A DNA stretch of 60,762 bases, counting the filler. It is 8 parts of 8 records of this genome, joined end to end, with 100 filler letters (N's around TTAATTAATTAA, not from the genome) between each part and the next. Parts side by side here need not be neighbours in the genome. Positions count along the whole stretch, not along the records: positions 38,426 to 44,296 come from SRR31156797_155975; positions 44,397 to 52,761 come from SRR31156797_157108; positions 52,862 to 60,762 come from SRR31156797_157708; 5 more parts are not named here. The stretch is one strand, 5' to 3'. The first letter of the stretch is position 1. Each line of letters opens with the position of its first letter. This document shows positions 44,085 through 53,874 of this stretch, piece by piece. The notes below the pieces were generated by a model. It saw nothing but the letters and a program-made list of their open reading frames with translations. It was not told the origin of the DNA and ran no database searches. The position numbers were made by a program, and so were the translations under genes.

Positions 44085-44296
44085 ATGGGTTCGTTGTTTA
44101 AAACCAATCACCCAATCTTCCTGTCACCATTTTTGTTGACGATTTGGATCGTCTGCGGCTGTGCCACCTTGAACCCTAAGTTTGAAACGCCTGCCGTCAA
44201 CGTCACGACAATCCGTCCCGTTGAATCGGAAGGCCTCTCTCCCAAATTCGAAATCGGCCTGCACATTGTCAACCCCAACCGTTCGCAGATCAAGCT
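44085..44296 (+). CDS. LEA type 2 family lipoprotein (3' truncated)
   Basis: Lipobox-like VCGC; ETPAVNV...FEIGLHIVNPN (WHy/LEA_2 NPN motif). Confidence 0.8.
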
Positions 44297-44396
44297 NNNN
44301 NNNNNNNNNNNNNNNNNNNNNNNNNNNNNNNNNNNNNNNNTTAATTAATTAANNNNNNNNNNNNNNNNNNNNNNNNNNNNNNNNNNNNNNNNNNNN
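44297..44396. other. Artificial contig spacer
   Basis: N44-TTAATTAATTAA-N44. Confidence 0.99.
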
Positions 44397-44397
44397 C

Positions 44398-47229
44398 CTC
44401 GGCGCGGGCATGGTCTGCCTCGAAGGGACCGGTGCGATCTCCCACGTCTCGGTGCGCAATAAGATGGATCTGTTCAACGAACCTTGTTCGTTCGCGGCCC
44501 TGTGTATCAAGGACCCGAGCGGCAATGTGGCTAAGGTCCTGGAGGGGCCCGTTCAGGACTGGAAGGTGTTCGGCGCCCCCGGGACCGGCAACGGCGCGAG
44601 CGGCAAACCTTACGGCCTGCCCCGCTTCGACGAGGCCTCGTTCCTGGCGCGGTTTCCTTTCGCAACCGTGACCCTGGCCGACAAGGAAGTCCCGCTCAAG
44701 GTCGAGCTGACCGGCTGGAGCCCGTTCGTGCCCAGTGAGGCGGACATGTCGAGCCTGCCTCTGGGCGCCCTCGAATACCATTTCACCAACCCCACCAATC
44801 GCACCGTCAGCGCGGTCTTCTCTTACAACACCAAGAACTTCATGGACTCTGGAGCCGGTGACGCGATCCTGCCCATCGAGGGAGGCTTTGTCCTCTGGCA
44901 GCCGGGCACGGAGGAAAACCCCGAGCGCGAAGGGGGCTTTGCGATTTTTGCAGACGATGACGCCACGGTCGTCGATCACTGCTGGTTCAAAGGGGGCTGG
45001 TGGGATTCCCTGACGCTGGCCTGGCGCAACGTCGCGCAGGGTAACGTCGTGGCAAATCCGCCGCAGAAGGGCAGTTGTCCCGGCGCCTCGCTGTTCGTCC
45101 CGTTCACACTGAAGCCCGGACAGGAAAAGACGGTGCGGCTCATGCTCGCCTGGTACGTTCCCAAATCGACCCTGCGCTATGGCCAGGATGTGTCGGGCCC
45201 CGCCTTTATGGACAGACCGTCAAGAGGAACGGCCTCGGGCCAACAGACCGTCTCGGGCTTCAAGGACAAGGGCCTGGTCAACACGTTCGATTCGAGTGGC
45301 GATGCCGCTATCGGCACGCTCACTTCGCCTGTCCTCGAACTGAAGAACGATTACATCCACTTCCTCGTCGGTGGCGGCCGCCATCCGGGCAAGACCTGTG
45401 TCCAACTCGTCGTCGACGACAAGGTCGTCCGCTCCACGACCGGCACCAACTCGGAAGAGTTGCTCTGGGCGACCTGGTACATCGCGGCGCTGAAGGGCAA
45501 GCAAGCTCACATTCGTATCGTGGACGAGGAAAGCGGCGGGTGGGGCCACATCCTGGTCGATCAGATCATCACGACTGACCGCGAGCAGCCAACCGTGGCC
45601 GGTGTCACGGTCCTCCAGGACTTCGAAGCCGCCAATTACGGCGCCTGGACCGCGACCGGGCCCAAGGCCATCGAGTGCGACTGCGAGTCGACGACCCACA
45701 TCCCGTGGTACGCCAAGTGGTATGAGAGTATTAACGTCATGGTCCAATTCTGGCGTGACAACTACGATGAGTTGCGCAGCAGGTCCGCGCTGTTCCGCGA
45801 TACGTTCTACGATACAACACTGCCCGATGAGGTGGTCGAGGCGGTGGCAGCCAATCTGACGATCCTCAAATCGCCTACCGTCCTGAGGCAGTCCAACGGA
45901 CGCCTCTGGTGCTTCGAAGGATGCGGCGACGACTGGGGCTGTTGTCATGGTTCGTGCACGCACGTATGGAATTACGCTCAAGCCATCTGCCACTTATTCC
46001 CCGATCTCGAACGCAGCCTGCGCCGGACGGAGTTCAATGAGAGCCAGGACGAGAGGGGCCATCAGACGTTCCGCTCGTCCCTGCCGATCCGGCCGGTCGC
46101 GCATACGTTCCACGCCGCGGCCGACGGACAGCTGGGCGGCATCATGAAGGTCCATCGCGATTGGCGCATCTCGGGCGACAACGAATGGCTCAAGGAGATC
46201 TGGCCCCAGGTCAAGACCAGCCTGAACTACTGCATCACCACGTGGGACCCGCGCGGCCGGGGCGTGCTGGAAGAGCCTCACCACAACACCTACGATATCG
46301 AGTATTGGGGCCCCGACGGGCATTGCTCGAGCTTCTATCTCGGCGCGTTGGCGGTTGCGATCGAGATGGGCGAAGCTCTCGACGACGATGTGTCCCAATA
46401 CCGTGACTTGCTCGCCAAGGGCCGTGCCTTCCTCGAGACCAAGCTTTACAACGGCGAGTACTTCTATCAGAAGGTCCAGACCGAGGGGCTCAACGCCGAA
46501 TTCAATCCGCTCAATATCTCGGCCAACGGACCGGGCTACAACGACACCATCAAAGCCTTGAACGAAGAGGGTCCCAAGTACCAGTATGGCACCGGGTGCC
46601 TCTCGGATGGCGTGCTGGGCTTCTGGATGGCCAAGGTTTGCGGGCTCGACGCGGACATCGTCGATCCGGCCAAGGTCCGCAGCAACCTCAGAGCGATCCA
46701 TCGCTACAATCTCAAAGAGAACCTGCTCGACCATGCCAATCCGCAAAGGCCTTCCTTCGCGGTCGGCAAGGACGGCGGCCTGCTGCTGTGCACCTGGCCC
46801 AAAGGCGGCGCCCCGGCGCTACCGTTCGTCTACAGCGACGAGGTCTGGACGGGGATCGAATACCAGGTCGCTTCGCATCTGATGCTGGAAGGTCTGGTCG
46901 AGGAGGGGCTGGAAATCGTGCGTCTCTGTCGCGATCGCTACGACGGTTCCACGCGCAACCCGTTCAACGAATACGAGTGCGGCCACTGGTACGCCCGCGC
47001 CCTGTCGAGCTATGGCCTTATCCAGGGCCTCACAGGCGCCCGCTACGACGCCGTGGACAAAACGCTGTACATCGACTCAAAGGTGGGCAGCAACTTCCGG
47101 GCCTACCTTTCCACCGCCACCGGCTTCGGCACCGTGGGCCTCAAGGACGGCAAGCCCTTCCTCGACGTCAAGATGGGCACGATCAGCCCCAGCCGCGTCC
47201 TGGTCTCGGGCAAGGAGATGGCACTGTGA
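44398..47229 (+). CDS. Glycoside hydrolase family 116 with inserted CBM-like domain (5' truncated)
   Basis: ARFPFA, GWSPF.P....SSLP, FEGC...GCCHGSCTHVWNYAQ, AADGQLG, HNTYDIE, EVWTGIEY and NPFNEYECGHWYARAL. Confidence 0.92.
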   Translation, partial: LGAGMVCLEGTGAISHVSVRNKMDLFNEPCSFAALCIKDPSGNVAKVLEGPVQDWKVFGAPGTGNGASGKPYGLPRFDEASFLARFPFATVTLADKEVPLKVELTGWSPFVPSEADMSSLPLGALEYHFTNPTNRTVSAVFSYNTKNFMDSGAGDAILPIEGGFVLWQPGTEENPEREGGFAIFADDDATVVDHCWFKGGWWDSLTLAWRNVAQGNVVANPPQKGSCPGASLFVPFTLKPGQEKTVRLMLAWYVPKSTLRYGQDVSGPAFMDRPSRGTASGQQTVSGFKDKGLVNTFDSSGDAAIGTLTSPVLELKNDYIHFLVGGGRHPGKTCVQLVVDDKVVRSTTGTNSEELLWATWYIAALKGKQAHIRIVDEESGGWGHILVDQIITTDREQPTVAGVTVLQDFEAANYGAWTATGPKAIECDCESTTHIPWYAKWYESINVMVQFWRDNYDELRSRSALFRDTFYDTTLPDEVVEAVAANLTILKSPTVLRQSNGRLWCFEGCGDDWGCCHGSCTHVWNYAQAICHLFPDLERSLRRTEFNESQDERGHQTFRSSLPIRPVAHTFHAAADGQLGGIMKVHRDWRISGDNEWLKEIWPQVKTSLNYCITTWDPRGRGVLEEPHHNTYDIEYWGPDGHCSSFYLGALAVAIEMGEALDDDVSQYRDLLAKGRAFLETKLYNGEYFYQKVQTEGLNAEFNPLNISANGPGYNDTIKALNEEGPKYQYGTGCLSDGVLGFWMAKVCGLDADIVDPAKVRSNLRAIHRYNLKENLLDHANPQRPSFAVGKDGGLLLCTWPKGGAPALPFVYSDEVWTGIEYQVASHLMLEGLVEEGLEIVRLCRDRYDGSTRNPFNEYECGHWYARALSSYGLIQGLTGARYDAVDKTLYIDSKVGSNFRAYLSTATGFGTVGLKDGKPFLDVKMGTISPSRVLVSGKEMAL

Positions 47230-48440
47230 GAATCCGAAATCGCTGCGCGGCAGCGACAGTCCTGATGTTGGTTCTGGTTGCCACCATTGGGCATGGCGCC
47301 GACCGGTCGTACGCGTTCGACCAGACGATCTCCCGGCCCGTGCTGGAGAACTACCTGTCGCGCGCCATCACGATGAGCGAAGTGTTGCACGGGGTCGGCG
47401 ACGTCGACGACAACATTCGCATGCTCAAGGACGTCGGCGTCAAGTTCGTCGGCCGGGCGATCTATCGGTGGGGCGGCGAAGCGGCGCTGGAGAACCTGCT
47501 CGCCACGGCCGAACCGATCGCGCAGCGCATCCACGAAGTCGATCCGGCCATGGTGATCCAGGCCGCGGCGTTCGAGATTGTCAGCACACAGGTCAGCCAA
47601 ATCCCTGTGCCCGCCGAGCTGCTCGCCGAATTCGACTTCGATCCTACGCCGCGCAACTTCCGCTACGAAGCGATGCTCTATCCCGATGGCCATCGCGTCG
47701 ACCACTGGCGGCGCGGCTCGTCCGTACCGGACATGAGCCAGGCCGAGACGCGGATGTGGTTTGTGTACCTCTGCCGGCGCTATATCGACATCGGTGTCGA
47801 GGCGATCCATTTCGGACAGGTCGAGATCATGGACGACCGCGATCCCGATCATGTGTATTGGCGCGACATGATGCAGCGCGTCCGCGCGTATGCCCGGAAG
47901 CATGCCCGCCGTCACATACTTATCTGCGACGCTCACGTCCCCAGCGGCGGGATCGTCCACGATGGCGCGCTGATGTTCGATTTCCACTCGTTCCCCCTGC
48001 GGATTGAAGAGGTGGTTGAGAAACCACACGAGGGCGTGCTACAGATGGGCTATCTCGACAGCATCTTCGGACGCAGCAAAGGGGGACGGACGCCCAGTGG
48101 CTGGAGCTGCGCGAACCTGCCTTTCCTCGTAGAGCTGGACAATTTCGGCCGCAGCGGTCGCGGAGGCCAGAACATCGGCGCCCACTGGATTTGGGGCTAC
48201 GACGAAATCTGCTGGTTCGCCCATCAGAGCGAAGCCTATCGCAATCAATGGCTGCGCTACGCTTGGGATTGGGTGCGCCAGCACGACCCCAACGGCTACC
48301 TGCAAATGCCCGGCAGCCGCACCCTGGCCGATCCCGTCGGCGAGATCCGCTGGTACTTCGCCAACACCGCCAGTGCCGAAACCCCAACGGGCTTTAACCA
48401 GGAAGACACCATCAAGGCCATCTGGCAAGCCAACAAATGA
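47226..48440 (+). CDS. Uncharacterised secreted protein, candidate glycoside hydrolase
   Basis: GTG at 47226 overlaps the GH116 TGA (GTGA) and follows AAGGAG; signal peptide ...TIGHGA; globular aromatic/acidic-rich sequence. Confidence 0.82.
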   Translation: MRIRNRCAAATVLMLVLVATIGHGADRSYAFDQTISRPVLENYLSRAITMSEVLHGVGDVDDNIRMLKDVGVKFVGRAIYRWGGEAALENLLATAEPIAQRIHEVDPAMVIQAAAFEIVSTQVSQIPVPAELLAEFDFDPTPRNFRYEAMLYPDGHRVDHWRRGSSVPDMSQAETRMWFVYLCRRYIDIGVEAIHFGQVEIMDDRDPDHVYWRDMMQRVRAYARKHARRHILICDAHVPSGGIVHDGALMFDFHSFPLRIEEVVEKPHEGVLQMGYLDSIFGRSKGGRTPSGWSCANLPFLVELDNFGRSGRGGQNIGAHWIWGYDEICWFAHQSEAYRNQWLRYAWDWVRQHDPNGYLQMPGSRTLADPVGEIRWYFANTASAETPTGFNQEDTIKAIWQANK

Positions 48441-48447
48441 CTCGGTG

Positions 48448-51400
48448 TCAAAAGCCGTTTTCTATCGGTCCGGGGCGGACTACGACGGGGGCGTTTTGGA
48501 TCTGAGGGCGCATGGACAGCCAGTCGATGCCCTGGAACATTGGGTCGGCGATCTGTCTGACCTCCTCATCACCTCGATAGGGACCCATGGCATCCACCCA
48601 GGCGATCAGCCTTCGGCGGCTCTCTTCATCGACCTTCACGTCGTGGTGCTTTCCGTTCGACGCCCTGTCGACCAGGCGGCTCCGATAGGACAGCTTCGTC
48701 ATCGGTTCGGGGGTCGCGTAGGCGACCGGATCGCGCTGGTCGAACGCCTCGACCAGGATGGTATCAGCGATGCCAAACCCCGCCGGCGGATTCTCAGGCG
48801 GATCATACGGCGCGCCCCAGGACGGATTGCCCAGGAGCAGCACGTACGGTTCCTTGAAGAGGCCGTCGCCTCGGAACGTAAGGTCCAGCGTCTTTCTCGC
48901 CTCACCATCACCCTGGTGACATTGGCCGCAGTACCTATCCAGCACGGGCTGCACGAACCGCATGTAGCTGATGGATTCATCACCCCAGGGCGGTGGCGTG
49001 ATCGATGACGGCGGACGTGCCAGAGCCAGAGCCGGCGCCGAACTCGAAGCGACCGGCGCCGTGCTGTGCAGTTCGTGACATCCAAGACAACCTCGGGTCT
49101 CGCCCGGCATGACGCCGCTGATCGATCGCATGGTCTGGAGGGCACGGTACCGCTCGTCCAGCAACTGGAAATAGAGCGACTTGCCCGACGGCGCCTGGAA
49201 GCTGACGGACCCGTCCCGCTCGATGGGCACGGTTCCCACAATCCGCTTGACCCCCTCCGACGATACCATCGAGACGACAGGGCCGGTCGATGCGTAGGGG
49301 CGTTTGTACCAGTAGCTGTAGGTCTTCGCATCCATCGTCAGGATGCGAAGATACCGGGCCCTGTCTCTCAGCTGGGCCGAAGCACCTTGGTAGACGTCGT
49401 TGCTGTAGATCACGCCGTCGGCCGGCGCATGGCGCTCGGCCATCGTGGGCCATCGCACCGTGCTCGGTATCACCGGTGGCTTGGGGCGAGGCTTCAATGG
49501 AATGGCATGCAATATGTTGTGCGTCCCCTCATAGATCAGTTCCCTGTTGCCATGGGTATCCATGAGGTACAGAACGAACTTGCCGGCTCGATCGGCCGAG
49601 ACAAGAAAATCGGTCTCGCTGAGTGGATAGGGATTCTGATAGGCACGGTAGTCGCCGCTGGTGTGATAGTCGTCCGACTCAATCGGGTCAACAGGGCCAT
49701 TGCCCGATTCAGGCCACTCCAGTTCCGCCGTCACCTTGGTCAGACCATGTGGGAAGTTCAGTCCCTTCCGTGTATCGACGATCCCGATGCTGCCGGAAAA
49801 CCAGTTGTGATGAGCCGAACCGGTGAACATCACTCTCTCGCTGCCCGGTATCGGTCGGACATCCTTGAGCAGGTCGGGCCAGACCGTCTGATTGCCCCAG
49901 AAGGTCGCGGCCTGGGTCCCATCGGGACGCATCGTCCACAGCGATTGCGCCCGCCAGAGCGGCTTGTCGGTATATTCCCACCGCGTGTAGATCACCCGGC
50001 CATCGGCGAGCAGCGCCGGCAAATAGTCCGGCTCGTTGTTGCGGCTGATCAGGTACATGTGCGTGCCGTCGAGACGGCACCGCGTCAGCGTGAACGAGTT
50101 CGTCGGCGGCATGCAGCGGACATAGTTGTGCCCTCGCGTGCTCCCGAAAACAATGTGTTCACCATCCGGGAGATAAATAGGGTCGACGTCGTCGTAGATA
50201 CCATCGGTGATCTGGCGCAGCCCCGAACCATCGACATTGATCTCGTAGAGGTGGAAGTTCTTCTCGTTGGCGGGATGGAAGGAAACCAACACACGTTGGG
50301 CGTCGAACGAAAGATCCGGTCGCCAGAACGTTCCATGCAGGGGCTCGAACGGCATCAACTTCGTCAGATGCCCTGCCGGGGACAGTCCGTCGAGAATCAG
50401 TAACCGTCCACCGGGTACGGCCATATACCCCAGTCGATGACGGGTCTCGTGCGGCCACTCGGAGCCTTGGGGGAATGGAATATCGACAAACAGCACTTGG
50501 TCGAAATCGACAACGGGATTGGCGAACAGAATCCTGCGCTTGATGCGACGCACGGCGAGATACAGTTCCTCATCCACACCGTCAGCCATCCTGGCTTCCA
50601 AAGCCTCGAGTTCTACCAGTTCCTCTGAGAAGTCGACGTTCGATCCATGATCGTAGACCATTCTCGCCGCGAGGTCGCGGGCCCAGGCGATTTCATTCTT
50701 CGTGCGCTCAGCGGTTACAGCGCCGTCCGCCTGGTACAGCCAGTCCCGCCGGAGTATTTCCTCTGCCTCGGCCACCGAGTAGTCGCGTGTCGGCGGCGTG
50801 TATGGTTTGGTATAGGGCGCCACCGGCTCATGCTGTACCGGTCGGCGTACGATCTGTCGGCCGGCCTCGAGCATGCCCTCAATCCACTGAGCCTGACGCA
50901 TCTCCTCTTGTGCCATCTCCTCAAGCCGCGCGAATCTCGCCTCCGTCTCTTGCCACGTGGCGCGCTGGGCGTCACTGAGCCTGGCCCATTGCCCCTCGGT
51001 CAGTGGCTTATACTCCAGCGCCCAGCCCATCAGCCGCTGGGTCTGCTCGACGTTCCAGGAAGTCCCGCGCGCCGTCAGATAGCCCCGGGGCTGGCTGCCG
51101 GTGACCTCCAGGAACTCTGCATAAGCATCGGGGAACCGCGTAGCCAGTTTGGATTGAACGATCCTCACCAGAGCGTCCGGCGCAGTCTCTTCGACCAATG
51201 CGGCGCGCGTGGCCGCCATGGTCTCGGCAAACGTCGCCTTCTCCTGGTACAGCGCTTCGGCTTGCTGCCGATGCCTGCTGTGCTCAGCCAGCACGGCCGA
51301 GAGACGCTTCTCAAACAGTCCTGCAATCGCTTCGGCCGGCAGCGCGACTTTGAATATCTGCAGCTCGTCAATAGCCCCGTCGAAGAACTCGCCCGTACCT

Positions 51401-52008
51401 CCCGAGGAGCCGATGAAGGCGTCGGCAGCGCCGCCTGAGATGACTCGCCCCGTCCGTTTCTGTGAGCCGACGACCAGACCATCGAGATAGACGATCATCC
51501 TCTCGCCGTCATATGTTCCGGCTACATGGTGCCATTGATCGTCGGTCAACAGGGCCGGATCGATGGATGCGTCCAGCTCCTGATAGCCTGTCCCTGCCGT
51601 GCGCAAGCCAAGCGCCAGGATATGGCCGTGGTTCTGAAACGAAAACAGCAACCGACCGGCCCCGTCCTCCTTGCGGAATATCTCGCGATAGCCGGAGAGC
51701 TCAGTGGGTTTGACCCACGCCGAGATAGTGAGGTTCGCCAGATCCCCGAAGGCATCGTGCGCCCTGATACGAACCACCGACCGGCCCTCAAACCACAAGG
51801 CGTTCCCGAGGACGCCGGTTCTCAGTGCGACGCCGGTCTCCGCGCGCCCGTCCAGTCCCTCGCCGGCCACATTCTGGAATCTTCCGTCCGCAAGCTCGTC
51901 AAACGTCCAGTGGGCAACCAGGTCGTTCGACGTCCCGGCCGTAGCGATAAGAAGAATGCACGCGAGTGACACACCTGTGAGTCTTGCTCTCATTGATTCG
52001 GTCCTCAT
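48448..52008 (-). CDS. Secreted LamG-like jellyroll + beta-propeller + HzsA-middle-domain-like protein with two CxxCH motifs
   Basis: LVAHWTFDE, TISAWVKP, WHHVAGTYDG, FDGAIDEL; TolB-like blades; DGRVIYTRWEY; GTVPIERDGS..F.AP...YFQLLD...ALQTMRS...PGE; CLGCH and CGQCH. Confidence 0.88.
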   Translation of the reverse strand: MRTESMRARLTGVSLACILLIATAGTSNDLVAHWTFDELADGRFQNVAGEGLDGRAETGVALRTGVLGNALWFEGRSVVRIRAHDAFGDLANLTISAWVKPTELSGYREIFRKEDGAGRLLFSFQNHGHILALGLRTAGTGYQELDASIDPALLTDDQWHHVAGTYDGERMIVYLDGLVVGSQKRTGRVISGGAADAFIGSSGGTGEFFDGAIDELQIFKVALPAEAIAGLFEKRLSAVLAEHSRHRQQAEALYQEKATFAETMAATRAALVEETAPDALVRIVQSKLATRFPDAYAEFLEVTGSQPRGYLTARGTSWNVEQTQRLMGWALEYKPLTEGQWARLSDAQRATWQETEARFARLEEMAQEEMRQAQWIEGMLEAGRQIVRRPVQHEPVAPYTKPYTPPTRDYSVAEAEEILRRDWLYQADGAVTAERTKNEIAWARDLAARMVYDHGSNVDFSEELVELEALEARMADGVDEELYLAVRRIKRRILFANPVVDFDQVLFVDIPFPQGSEWPHETRHRLGYMAVPGGRLLILDGLSPAGHLTKLMPFEPLHGTFWRPDLSFDAQRVLVSFHPANEKNFHLYEINVDGSGLRQITDGIYDDVDPIYLPDGEHIVFGSTRGHNYVRCMPPTNSFTLTRCRLDGTHMYLISRNNEPDYLPALLADGRVIYTRWEYTDKPLWRAQSLWTMRPDGTQAATFWGNQTVWPDLLKDVRPIPGSERVMFTGSAHHNWFSGSIGIVDTRKGLNFPHGLTKVTAELEWPESGNGPVDPIESDDYHTSGDYRAYQNPYPLSETDFLVSADRAGKFVLYLMDTHGNRELIYEGTHNILHAIPLKPRPKPPVIPSTVRWPTMAERHAPADGVIYSNDVYQGASAQLRDRARYLRILTMDAKTYSYWYKRPYASTGPVVSMVSSEGVKRIVGTVPIERDGSVSFQAPSGKSLYFQLLDERYRALQTMRSISGVMPGETRGCLGCHELHSTAPVASSSAPALALARPPSSITPPPWGDESISYMRFVQPVLDRYCGQCHQGDGEARKTLDLTFRGDGLFKEPYVLLLGNPSWGAPYDPPENPPAGFGIADTILVEAFDQRDPVAYATPEPMTKLSYRSRLVDRASNGKHHDVKVDEESRRRLIAWVDAMGPYRGDEEVRQIADPMFQGIDWLSMRPQIQNAPVVVRPGPIENGF

Positions 52009-52014
52009 TCAGGT

Positions 52015-52761
52015 TCACCAAAGCTTGGCAGCAACGGGAACGCTGGCGCGGGGTTCGAGGTAGATAGCGTCCTTGGGACAGACGGCGCGGCAGATGCCAC
52101 AGCCATAGCAGCGCCGCAGGTCGATAGCAACCTTATGATTGGCAGCGCTGTAGGTGATTGCCCCGAACTGACACACGCGCATGCATTGCCGACAGCCGGT
52201 ACACGCGTCAGGATCAACGGCGCCGACGTATTCCGCTCGGAACATCACTGGAACCGCATGCGTGACGGTGCAGCGCATGGCCAGGCAGTCCGCCCGGTCG
52301 CAGTTGCAGAGGCCCGCGATGAAGGGCGTACCGAAGGTCCACACCGTGTGGCAGAGGCCTTCCCGTTCATGGTCGCGTATGGCCGCGAGCGCTTCGTCCT
52401 TGCTGAGCTTCTCCGCCTCCGGGGTGTGGGGCCCGGTGAGGAAGCTCTGGTCCAGGCCGCGGATGATTTCGTGGAAACGGCCGCCGTCAGGCTTCAACGT
52501 GACCCCATAGCAGTAACGCTTCTCCTGGCCCAGCGTCACGTGCCGGCAGAGGCAGGCCACGCGCACGACCGAGCCCACCATCTCGAAGATGCGCTCGACA
52601 TCCTCGATGGGCAGCACCTGCCCGAAGTGCTGTCGCTTCATGCGCGCCGTGATGAGCCTGCTGATGATGGGCCGTAAGAACCTCGGGGCTCTGTCCAGCT
52701 TCTCGAGTCGGCCGGCCTTCTTCCTGAGTCCCTCGGTATCACCCAGGAAGTGTTCGATGAA
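52015..52761 (-). CDS. 4Fe-4S dicluster-domain protein (5' truncated)
   Basis: CTGCRQCMRVCQFG and CYGCGICRAVCP, plus CLCR and CNCDRADC; frame is open up to the spacer. Confidence 0.9.
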   Translation of the reverse strand, partial: FIEHFLGDTEGLRKKAGRLEKLDRAPRFLRPIISRLITARMKRQHFGQVLPIEDVERIFEMVGSVVRVACLCRHVTLGQEKRYCYGVTLKPDGGRFHEIIRGLDQSFLTGPHTPEAEKLSKDEALAAIRDHEREGLCHTVWTFGTPFIAGLCNCDRADCLAMRCTVTHAVPVMFRAEYVGAVDPDACTGCRQCMRVCQFGAITYSAANHKVAIDLRRCYGCGICRAVCPKDAIYLEPRASVPVAAKLW

Positions 52762-52861
52762 NNNNNNNNNNNNNNNNNNNNNNNNNNNNNNNNNNNNNNN
52801 NNNNNTTAATTAATTAANNNNNNNNNNNNNNNNNNNNNNNNNNNNNNNNNNNNNNNNNNNN
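52762..52861. other. Artificial contig spacer
   Basis: N44-TTAATTAATTAA-N44. Confidence 0.99.
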
Positions 52862-52863
52862 CC

Positions 52864-53868
52864 GCGGCGTCGGTGGCGCGCGATTTTGAGCGGGCGAAAC
52901 TGATTGCCGCCTATCGCGACGATCGGCCCTTCAAAAGCTATATCATCCGCATGAACCCCTGGATCGACAGCTCGATTGCCGTTCCCGACGATCCGAATGC
53001 CGTGATCCCCCTGGAATGGATGTGCGAACCGGGTGTTTCGAACGGTGCGTCCGATGCCGGCGGCGGGCCGGCGCGGTTTGATGCCGATATCCTTCTGGTG
53101 CCGCATATGCTGGAATTTGGCAAATTCCGCTTGCCGGCGCCGCGTCTGCGAATCCCCGAAGAAGACGAGCCCGCCTTGCGGACTTTGCTGCGCCAGGCGG
53201 GAGTCGACCCGGACCGCTGGTTCGCCTGCGTCCATTTCCGCGAAGGCGGCTACCAGTACCGCGCCGGATATGACGGCCTCAGAAACGCCGATCCCGCCGG
53301 CTATGTTCCGATGATCGATCATATCGTCCGCCAACAGGGCGGCCAGGTGGTGCGGTTGGGCGATCCATCGATGACGGAACTTCCCGCCATCGACGGTTTC
53401 GTCGATCTCAGCCGGCTGGCCGGTTCCTTCGTGCTTCAGTGCTTCGCGCTAAGTCGGGCACGGTATTATGTCGGCACCGACAGCGGCCCGACCCAGTTGG
53501 CCAGTGGCTTGGGTATTCCGGCGGCATCGACCAACGCGCTCGGCGTTTGCGTTTGGAACCGCGGCGACGTGATTCTAATGAAAAGAACCCTCGATCTCGA
53601 TGGAAATGCCGTCGACTATCGGGCCGTATCGGAATCGTTGCCGGCCTTTCTGGATTTTCGCCTGAAAAACATCGAGATCGAAAACAACCGGCCTGAAACG
53701 TTCAAGGATATCGCCGATCATATGCTGGACCTCACGGCCGGCACGGTCGCCTGGCGCAATGCCTGGCGGGATGACGCGCCGCCGCCGAGAGGGCGGCTCG
53801 AGGTGCCGCCCCGATGGCACAATATCTGTGAGGAAGCGGGGCTGAAAATCTGGCCGCCGGAAATCTGA
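52864..53868 (+). CDS. TIGR04372-like (GT-B/GT9-related) putative glycosyltransferase, 5' truncated
   Basis: WFACVHFREGGY, LRNAD, GGQVVRLGDPSM and ARYYVGTDSGP...ASGLGIP...TN. Confidence 0.82.
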   Translation, partial: AASVARDFERAKLIAAYRDDRPFKSYIIRMNPWIDSSIAVPDDPNAVIPLEWMCEPGVSNGASDAGGGPARFDADILLVPHMLEFGKFRLPAPRLRIPEEDEPALRTLLRQAGVDPDRWFACVHFREGGYQYRAGYDGLRNADPAGYVPMIDHIVRQQGGQVVRLGDPSMTELPAIDGFVDLSRLAGSFVLQCFALSRARYYVGTDSGPTQLASGLGIPAASTNALGVCVWNRGDVILMKRTLDLDGNAVDYRAVSESLPAFLDFRLKNIEIENNRPETFKDIADHMLDLTAGTVAWRNAWRDDAPPPRGRLEVPPRWHNICEEAGLKIWPPEI

Positions 53869-53874
53869 TTTCCG

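Noticed and set aside
46596-47225. N-terminal 210 aa of the 614-aa ORF
   Set aside because: It overlaps GH116 in another frame and is Arg/Pro-rich shadow sequence; the real start is GTG 47226 with RBS and signal peptide.
48448-52008. Evidence for anammox (true hzsA)
   Set aside because: The LamG fusion, absence of hzsB/hzsC and the glycosidase context point to a distant paralog family.
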